This document shows positions 54,743 through 64,000 of a DNA stretch of 64,000 bases, one piece after another. A program made the translations under genes and the position numbers. Numbering within the stretch: the stretch's first letter is position 1; each line of letters opens with the position of its first letter. This stretch comes from Octopus vulgaris (taxonomy: Eukaryota): positions 103,416,001 through 103,480,000 of the forward strand of contig OX597816.1 of NCBI GenBank assembly GCA_951406725.2. The letters are read 5' to 3'. The notes under the pieces were generated by a model. That model worked only from the letters and a program-made list of their open reading frames with translations, was not told the origin of the DNA and did no database searches.

Positions 54743-56829
54743 TTCAGCAACATTTAATATTCTCAATGTTTATAGGTCTAAATTTCAGCAACTTAATTAT
54801 TCAACTTATTTTCCTGCCTCCCATGAAGGCAGTATTTCAGTATTTCCTTGTAACTGTGCTTTACTCTTTTATAACCTATCTTCCCTGTTCACATATACTC
54901 CACTGAAGACTTGTTGGATAAATGCTAATGAAATACTTGACTTTTTTCTTGACCAGAACCATCCATCAATGAGGGATCTACCATATTATCAAAAATTATA
55001 TATTACAAAGTTATGTACAGGAATAGCTGTGTTGCAGGGAGAAATGACTTTGCTGATTTATTGGAATTTCTTAATTGAAATAATCATTAATAAGATGTTA
55101 GGCTTATTCTTGAGCCATCATAAAAATTGAAACATACAGCTGAATGAGTATCAACAGGTAAATGGTAGGCTTCCGAACTAAACCTACAATTTAAGTTCAT
55201 CTTCAAGTGGAAACTATTGCACCTTTACTAGAAATGGGAATGTCACGACTACTATTTTCTGTTCTCCTTTTCAGTTTAATGGTTACCTAATGAAGACAAT
55301 GAAGCACCATTCCATTGTGTCTTCATTAAGACACCATCTCACTACTTCATGAGAAAATGTCTAAATATAGATATGAGGATTTTTAAAGAAATGGCATATT
55401 CTTATGAAACCCAAACACTGCAGTTTAACTCATTTCAAATATTTCAGCTTTACTCTTTTGATATCAAACTACCTGAGGCCACTCTTGAGTCTGATACAAA
55501 CATCCCATTTTAAAGTGATCTGAATCAATGCCTTCCATTTAAAATTTAATATTTATGCTCCAAACACCAACTAAATAGTGACAAAGTTATTTTACTAAAG
55601 TGTTCATTATTTTCAAAATTAATTGAAATGAAAGCAATATTATTCAACTGCAATTTGATGACAAAATGCTTAACCCAACTCAAAACCAACATACCAGCTC
55701 AAAACCAGCATACCAGCTTATCTCAATTCAAACATTCAGTTAATCTTAACTCCACCCAAATGCTAAATGAAATATATTCATTACAAAGAGCTGGCATGAC
55801 CAACTGGATTAAGGACAATACAGAAAGCTTTCTAATTCCCAAAGGGCTTTTAAGGGCATGCAATTATTTTTGATTTCACAATGTTAAGTAGATGAGAAAG
55901 AATATCAACTCAACCTGTGTTTGATACATATTTGTGACAGGTAACATTTGCAAATGATTTGGTATCTACACCTCCTGGCAAATTACTTGAGATTACACAG
56001 GATAAAATATTCTACTGAGAAACATAAGTGTATTTGAATTCATCATCTTTGGACAGTTAGTGTAATACCTTATCCACTCACACATCCATCTTCTATAAAG
56101 AGGGATTAGATGCTGACGCATAACTCTATATGTCATAACTTTTTTGTACAAAGGACAGGTGTTTATATGTTGTGTTTTAGTTTCAATTTATTCCTACTCT
56201 TGTGTTAAAAGGAATTCCAGTCATCAGGGCAGATTTTGTTGCTATTTCTAGCAGTTTATGTGATAACATGGAGGCTCTTTTTAGTGGCTTCATTAAAGTG
56301 GGAGGCTTGATAAAATAGGTGCTTTTATTTCAGCAGTGGGATTTTTCTTTTTTTTTTCGTTATTCTGAGATAGTTAATAGGGCTTGTTCCAGTGCAATGA
56401 ACAAGTTAAGCAGATACAGAGTACAGAAGAAAGCTAATCTGTGACTGACCAAAATTTTAGCCAAAAGAAAATGTAATACATAGTGAGAAGATAACGTTTT
56501 ACTCTCTTGAATGAAACACAAAGAGATCAAATCCTATCAGTGGTTCAGAGAAGGCATTAAGCAAAGCATTGAATGAATCCCTTACCTTTTTCATTTGGTT
56601 TCAGAGAAGATGATTAAATATAGAGAAAAGAAAACAAAATGAATGTGTACAAGAGAGAGAGTAAGAGAGTCAAAATGAGAACTGCTATGTATATTGGTGG
56701 CTTGCAGTAGCAAACTTATTTCAACATTAGAATATTACTATGGTTTTTATCTTTATGTAGAAATTCAAGTGAGAGATCACACATTTCACTTATATGTTTC
56801 TAGACCCATGGAAATATTAGAATCTATCA

Positions 56830-57020
56830 AGGTGGCAAACTGACAGAATCATTTGTGCACTGGGCAAAATGCTTAGTGGCATTTCATCCATCTTTACATT
56901 CAGTGTTTAGATTCTGCCAAGGTTGACTTTGCCTTTCATCCTTTTGGGATCGATAAAATAAGTAACAGTTGAGTACATTAGTAGTAATTAGAGTAATTTT
57001 GTGCCAAAATTTGAAACCAA
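56830..57020 (+). mobile_element. Degenerate SINE (family A) with CpG decay
   Basis: GGTGGCAAACTGACAGAATCAT...GGTTGACTTTGCCTTTCATCCTTTTGGGATCGATAAAATAAGT. Confidence 0.75.
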
Positions 57021-59731
57021 TATTAGAACCTATCTCTGAAAGCTAATGACACTAGTCAACTCAGTAGGGTTAATGATGCCATTATTGTTGTTGTTTAGCT
57101 CCAAGCCAACCCTCATTAAGTAGATCTATAATCAAAAGTATTTCAGTCATAACTAATCTGCCTTCTTATGCATACCTTGATTATATTATCAAGCATGTGT
57201 CCTTTGTCCTCTTTTTCAAGCCATTAGAGTGTGATTTAAGTAAGATTTGCTGATATTTGTTGAGGCATAGATGCTCCCTTGCTGGCCCATTGTTATTGTA
57301 GCTGTTGTAGAATAAAAAAAATAAGCAGAACAAAATACAGGTATCCAGTTCTGGTGAAACAACAATATTCTCAAAGTCCAGACTTCAGAAACAACCTTTA
57401 TTAGGATTGTTACAAAGACTGGCAAATTAGCAGCTTCATTAGGGTACTGGATAGGCACCCCTTATGATAGAATTCAATTAAAAAAAAAAGGTCAACCCTG
57501 ACTGAGTAAATCTTTCAAAGTATTCCAGCTATGGCCATCTCATTTTATTTTGATGATAGCCTTAATAATCAATGTATAAGGTCCAATATCCAAATTGTGA
57601 ATTATGTTGTAATTCACAACTATATAGTATCTTGAGCAAGTATCTTTACCACAGCTTCTAGTCACCCCATATTCTGTGAGTGGAAGTGAGTTGACAGAAA
57701 TTACATAGAAGCCCTCTTTATGAGTTATATCTCTAATTCAATAAAAAACCCAGTCTTGTCATCTACCCAACCCAAGAATTGCATTAGTGGTGTGTGTGTC
57801 TACAGAATACTCAGCCACACACATGTTCATATAAAGAGTTGGACATTCAGTTATTCAAATAAACTAAATGCTTGGCATCAAATGTGAGAGAGGGTGCTTC
57901 ATAGACTGTGTGAGTCAAGGTTGCAAAAGTTGTGATATACACATCGTTTTCAAAATTATTGGAAGGTAAGTTTAGAAAATTAATTCTAGCTGGGAATTAA
58001 AACTAGGTCATTGAAACTTATTGCCAATAGAGAGAGTGAACCAATAAAGGAAGGCCTCTATGTGGTAACTTAATCTGTTGGAAATAGCAACCAAATCTCC
58101 CTAAAAATGAAACAACCACACACCATATTAAACAAGAAGTATATATTGAATAATGCAACACTAGATATACCTAAAACAGAGATAGTCATAGCTGGAATGC
58201 TTTAAGCTACAATGATGACTTACTATGATTGCAAATAAATCAAAGTTTGAAATATAAAAGGTGGGTGAGCTGACGGTTTAAGCAAAAGTTTAAAACCCAT
58301 AAAATGTTTGAGTTGTAATAATCTTTACTCTATTTTCATTGGTTCCAGCAACTTATAATTATTACTGTTTGAAGAAAAAACTACTAAATTCTAAGAGAAA
58401 CAAACATTGCTTAACTCTGAGTCTCAGCTTGAGGAATAACATTGATTTAAACATTTAGAATGTTCTAGCCTGAGTGCCATGTCACTGCATAGGTTATCTA
58501 AGTCTACAGACTCCAGTTTGTCTGACTAAAGGAAAAGAACACCCTCTGTTGTCTACTTCGAGATTACATGGTTAACTCTACCATGTTAACACTAAAAGGA
58601 AATTTACCCAACAAATAAAATATCAGATTTCCTTGAGAATGAATAAATGGATGTAAAACAGTAAACGTTGAAGAAGAAAGAATCACATTATGTCAGACAG
58701 GTAAGTATACACCAGACAAATCATACAGGTAAGTATATAAAACAGGTCATATGACAAATTAATATATAGGTAAAACGTCGGGGTATATATAAGTAGCAGA
58801 GGTTATTATGAGACCTGTTCAATGTTAGCATACATGAGAAAAGTTATATAGATCAATAGATATCACGGTTTAAAATTCATCTTAATTGCTGAATTCAGAG
58901 ACGTAAATTATGAAATGGGATAATTATAGTATTTATGAAATAACATCATAAATATACCATATTTACAGTACAAATAATATGTATATGTGTGAATGTGTCT
59001 CCGTATGACTATATATATATATGTGAGCGTATGTGTACACATAAGAAAACTGAAAAATTGTTGCTTTGCGAAGAAATTCTTGAGATATTTGTTCTGGGCA
59101 TTAGTAGACCAGATTTGAATTCGCTGGAAGCCTGGAACCATCGACGCTATGGTTCAGTAATTGCTATAGAAATGACGATTAGCTTTCAGTGTTGTCTCTC
59201 AACCTAAAGTAAGTCAATAAGAAAATGTTAATTTAGTAAAAAAAATAATAATGACCTTACTGTGTACAATACTCAGATGCACCTCAGACTCATAAAAAAA
59301 AAAAACGGAAAACGAGAAAGCAGCTATAATTAAAAAAAATGTTCAGTGATGAAAACAGCAATGACAGCCAAAAATGCGTATTCTAAATAAAACTCAAAAA
59401 GACGGGAAAGTGAACAGTGAAAGGCTGTAAAGAGAAACGAGTGCACGTCGGTTATAGCATTGGTGAGTTTCGAAAATTGGGAATTTTTAATGCATACAAA
59501 AGACAGCAAATAACCAACGAAGATAGTTTAGTTCATGCTTTGAAAAGAGGAGTTATCCCAGAATGATAAAAAGCAGAGTTGCCCTCAGCAATTTTCTCCC
59601 AAGTATCGATTTTCTTTCGAAATCGACTGATTAAATACCTATAAATATTATCCAGTTTGCCATGACGTGTGCTAGAGTATTTACAGTGCAGTGGAACGAA
59701 ATCGAAGACAGTACAATTTTTATATATATAT

Positions 59732-60070
59732 AGGCGCGGATGTGTAGCAAGAAACTTGTTTCACAACAACACGGTTCCAGGTTCAGTCCCATAAGTGGCA
59801 TCTCGGACAGACCAAAGCCTTGTGAGTGGATTTGGTAGACGGAAACTGAAGGAAGTCCGCCGTATATGTGTGTATCTACGTATGTGTCTGTCCCTCGCTT
59901 GACAACTGGTGTTGGTGTGTTTTTGTCCCTGTAACTTAGCGTTTCGGCAAAATAGATCGATAGAATATATACCAGGCTTAAAAAATACATTCGACTATAA
60001 ATTCTTCAAAGAGGTGCCCCAGCATGGCTGCAGTCTCATGACTGAAACAAGTAAAGAAGTAAAAGAAAAT
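59732..60070 (+). mobile_element. tRNA-derived SINE (family C)
   Basis: Homologous to 50365-50839; CpGs retained. Confidence 0.8.
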
Positions 60071-60079
60071 AAATATATA

Positions 60080-61692
60080 CCATGTTTCCCCGAAAAAAAG
60101 ACCTGGTCTTATATTAATTTTGCATAAAAAAAAAAACGCACTAGTGCTTTTTTTCAGGGGATGTCTTATATTTTTGCGGCAAAATATCCAAGAAAAACAA
60201 AAAAGTCTCATGTCCTCATGTTAAAGGAAAAACTGTAAAAAGGAAACCCATGTTTTTAGTTATCAAAAGTTTATTTATTTGCCTATCGTCTTTAGTCAAG
60301 TATAAACATTTCGTCCTCTTCTGGAACATCGTTATAAATCATCAAGCCCCGAACTTCAGACTGAATTTCTTGCAAATCCATTTCCTGTAGAATCACGGAC
60401 CCCAGTCTTTCATGTTTGGCAATATAACTTTCCTTAAATGAACACTTTTTTGTCCAAGTACCCTGCTCGTAGCGCATTGGCAACGAAGCTGTTGGTAATT
60501 TTATTCCATGAATTTTTCACCCAATTAACAACTTCTTGGAGGCTGGGTTTGACAAAGTTTCCACGCTGATTTCTCTCCATTCTCTGTTCGATATATTCAT
60601 TCACTTCCATCCGCAAATAATCTTTGAAGGACTTGTTTATTACAAGATCTAATGTTTGTAGATATGAAGCTATTCCCGCGGGAATCATTATGTGGTCAAT
60701 TCTTCTTTCAGAAAGGAAGGTTTTTTTATATCTTTTACGTGATGAGTGCTGGCCGAATCCCAGACTAAAAGACCTCTTTAAGAACCACGTAAAACAAGTG
60801 GCATAGTTAAATCAACCCTTTTTTTTTATAATAGCTTGTGTGCACCAAGCCTTTTCCGTATCAAGGACATAAATGCCTGAAACTCGTTCTACTTTCTGTT
60901 TTTGCCCTTTGTGATGATAAGCGGTGTGACTTTTGTTCCATCAAGACGAATTGCTAAAATACAAGTAATTCTTGCACTTTCGTAACCCTTTGAGGCAACG
61001 TAGATTGACGAGGCACCTATCTGTTCAATTGTCATTTTAGATCCTTTGCCTATAAATACTGCAGTCTCATCCATAGCAATTATATTGGAGAGATTGTATT
61101 TAGATAAGTCGATGCCATCAACGGACTTGAATGCAAGTGCACATTAAATCACTTCAGCATCCTCCAGCTTAAACAGTGTTGTCAATCTTCTTAGAGAGAG
61201 CTCATATCGCCGAAGGAAGTTATCCAACCAATAAGGTGATGCTTTGAATATCTCTGGGAGTATATCCAACTGTGGTGCCATTGCAAGAGCAAATTATAGA
61301 ATATCAGCCTTGTGTACAACCAAAACTTACCCTTCTTAGCACTTCCCTCATCGACCTGTCGGCTGAAATTATCGTATTCTGTTCACCATTTTCGACCCAT
61401 TCGGAGATCCAACATCTTCTTAGAGAAAGCCGTAAGATTCTTGTTATGTGACTCTTTCACAATTCCTTTCTTGTACTCCATGGAGTAACTCTTTCTTTCT
61501 GCACTCAACTTGCCTGGGGGACAAGGGAGTCAGCTACTTTAGCCAAGCTGTGGTAGTTAGTTTATTTTGTAAACATCATATAATCTTGCTAACAAGCTGA
61601 TGCATTTTTGACTAGGTCTTATTTTCGGGATAGGGCTTATATTAAAAACACCCTGAAAAATCATGGCAGGGCTTATTTTCGAGGAAACGCAG
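60080..61692 (-). mobile_element. pogo/Tc2-like DNA transposon, inactive
   Basis: Imperfect TIRs CCATGTTTCCCCGAAAAAAAGACC / GGGCTTATTTTCGAGGAAACGCAG, TA on both sides (60078-60079, 61693-61694), and subterminal GG(G/T)CTTAT repeats. Confidence 0.85.
60292..61508 (-). pseudogene. pogo-family (CENP-B HTH + DDE_1) transposase pseudogene
   Basis: Fragments RKSYSMEYKKGIV, FKASPYWLDNFLRRYELSLRRLT, MDETAVF...GYESARITCILAIRLDGTKVTPLIITKGK and IPAGIASYLQTLDLVINKSFKDYLR. Frameshifted. Confidence 0.88.
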
Positions 61693-61714
61693 TATGTATA
61701 TATATTGTGATTGG

Positions 61715-61874
61715 GGAGAGTCATTGTTTTAATGCTTTATTAATTAATACACTCACCGGTTCGATTTCCACTCATTTACTTCATTTAAAAAAAAATATTT
61801 TTCCTTAGTAAATGAGTGGAAATCGAACCGGTGACTGTGTTGATTAATAAGGCATTAAAACAGGACGACTCTCC
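61715..61874. repeat. 160-bp hairpin/MITE-like inverted repeat
   Basis: Arms 61715-61780 and 61807-61874 are near-complementary, including TCACCGGTTCGATTTCCACTCATTTACT / AGTAAATGAGTGGAAATCGAACCGGTGA. 26-nt AT-rich loop. Confidence 0.85.
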
Positions 61875-62168
61875 TCAGATAATAAAATACGCTTCAACAC
61901 ACGGATTCACATGAAGAATCTTGCAAACTAAATACAAAAACGATATATATATATATATATGTATATATTTATATATTATAACAAATTCAAATTTGCACTA
62001 GAAAAAGACTAAATTCTAATTGAAAGCAACTCGAAGTCCTTTAACATAGTGAAACAAGGATTTATCTATAAATTTAATCGAGAAATTAGTAAAACACATT
62101 GTGAAATGTAGAATTTTCCCTTGGTCGGCTAGTTTTAATTCCTACGTGCTTTCCTTTAGAATCTAGAG

Positions 62169-62425
62169 CAGTAGTTCCCAAACTTTTTTGAGCTGCCACC
62201 CACCTTGGCGCCCAAGACACATTCTTAGCGCCCCTCACTCTCCCCACCACAATTATTGACCACTTTCTACAGCAAATTCAAAACAACTGTATTTCACAAA
62301 TAAAACATAAGCTTAATCAACCTATTAATATTTTTTAATATCTATCACCCCATTTTTCTTCAATGCCCCAGTTGATCTTTCCACTATCCCCAGAGGGGCA
62401 ATACCTCTCACTTTGGGAACCACTG
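62169..62425. mobile_element. hAT (Charlie/MER20-like) MITE
   Basis: TIRs CAGTAGTTCCCAAA / TTTGGGAACCACTG. The left flank ATCTAGAG fits the NTCTAGAN target preference; the right flank ATTGAGAA is degenerate. Confidence 0.75.
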
Positions 62426-63190
62426 ATTGAGAATTAAGTCAGCTCTTGTCAAGGGACTTAACTCTTCAAACAAAAGTATAATTTCCTGTCAGAAGTTGTT
62501 TCCCTTTAGTAAAGTAATTTGTTATAGCGAAGATAAAAAGTGAGGCCCAGGTATAAACAGTATATATCACTATGACCGCAAGAGACCTTTTGTATCTTTA
62601 TGTATAGCACGCGTAATGTCATGATCGTATTAAAATAACAGCTTTTATTGAAATTTTGAGTAGTATACAGCACATAAGATTCTCGTATCTTAACCAAAGT
62701 CGCTATGCAATTCAGAAACCCTTGCTACTCCAACAACCAGCCAGGAACTAGAGCATGCAGAGAAACAAAACGAAAGTTGTCTGGCTGAATAACTAAGTCC
62801 AAAAGAAACCTTCCGAACTTCCTTTTCTAATGTCACTTCATCCAATCAAGGTCCCTTGCTTCTCTTTTCCGCTCGTCTTACCTACTCTGGCACATTTTAT
62901 TATATAATCCTTAGGTCCGACTCTCTTAGTGGTGAGTGAGACTCCGTCTTTAAAAATAAAATTGTTCTTGTCTTTTCTATGTAGTTGCGATGTATTAGTA
63001 AGAGCAAACGAATGTCTCTATTGTCACACAACTGTCTTCAAAACGGGAAAGGAAAAATTGGGCAATGGTAATAATAAACATACAGAAAGACTAGAAGGAC
63101 AAGGCTGGAATGACTTTCATCATAGGCTAATGAATCAAAATCGGATCTCGTATTAAGCAATAACAAAGAGTCCCTGTGAGGCAAAGAAGT

Positions 63191-63286
63191 CTGTATACGG
63201 TAGTTAGACCTGCTAGAAACAGCTGTATACGGTAGTTAGACCTGCTAGAAACAGCTGTATACGGTAGTTAGACCTGCTAGAAACAG
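63191..63286. repeat. Perfect 32-bp tandem repeat x3
   Basis: CTGTATACGGTAGTTAGACCTGCTAGAAACAG x3, inside a minus-strand copy of the dispersed repeat family seen at 3000-4060. Confidence 0.95.
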
Positions 63287-64000
63287 CAGATAAAGTTCCC
63301 TCAAAAAGCACTCCATTCTAAAAAATAAAATCGAAGGACGCTTTAGGCAAAGTCTAAGATGCACTTAAAAGAACTATTTATGATTGGAACATTATTATCT
63401 ATAAACCAGTTTCATAAAAGTTAATCAGAGTTTAAACATCAATAATTCTCCCACCATAAAGTCTCTGATAAGGCTTTTAGCCCACTAATTTAATATAACG
63501 TTCAATCATTCTTCGATAGCTGTTAGAATCAATCCAGTGAGGAACAACAACTCGTGTGAGATTGTGAAGACTTCTTGTACATGAGGAATTTATTCCAATA
63601 TGGAATAAGAGCATTTACATAGCTTGTACATTATTATTCAATAGAACAAAATGGAATTTGAATGAGGGAGTGTTTTCGTCATGCCGTATTCCATAATTGG
63701 TGATGGAGATTGAAGAGAATTCAATCAACGAGAAGATACCTTATAGCAGGTACAGAGATGGTTAACACCATAGATCATCGCAGGCAATGTGCGAAGGATA
63801 ATGTTACCTCTCCGTACATATATTTTATAGCTAGGTAACGAGCGCCACCTAGTTGCTAGCGATGTGACAAGAGAGATAACTCTCATTGAAGCATGACGTT
63901 ACTAATTCAAATAAGGTTGCCTACAGGCTTCTCTTGCTTTGCTGCTTTAACTCAATGAAGACATAGTCTTATCTAGGATATTTTCTGTCATAGATCTGTT

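Noticed and set aside
54681-55130. 149-aa ORF as the hidden gene of the CpG-poor domain
   Set aside because: It begins inside a SINE on the antisense strand and shows no domain similarity or splice context.
63191-63286. 32-bp direct repeats as a CRISPR array
   Set aside because: The units are contiguous with no spacers, in a eukaryotic context with no cas genes.

Overview
This is AT-rich, microsatellite-dense eukaryotic DNA. The SINE families and the (TACA)n/(AAT)n/(AG)n load resemble an Octopus (coleoid cephalopod) genome; that assignment is inference. Almost all ORFs in the track are microsatellite artefacts. The one clear host gene is a + strand class C (mGluR-like) GPCR. I can splice six coding exons with consistent GT-AG boundaries and phases (21946-22041, 23199-23359, 24736-25482, 32348-33688, 34996-36546, 38811-39971; about 1,685 aa). 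Its 5' exon(s) were not found. The gene encodes three tandem, divergent Venus-flytrap (VFT) domains joined by short CxxxCxxCxxC linkers, has no full 9-Cys domain, and ends in a well-conserved class C 7TM domain. The second and third modules are each a single phase 0/0 exon. The rest of the window is mobile DNA: a full-length but dead DD36E Tc1-like transposon in a GPCR intron, a dead pogo/Tc2-like transposon, mariner and hAT MITEs, several tRNA-derived SINE families, R4/Dong-type, RTE and CR1-like LINE fragments, and a fold-back element carrying a minimal hammerhead ribozyme of the Penelope-associated type. A CpG-depleted domain at about 44.5-59 kb suggests an unrecognised methylated transcription unit.
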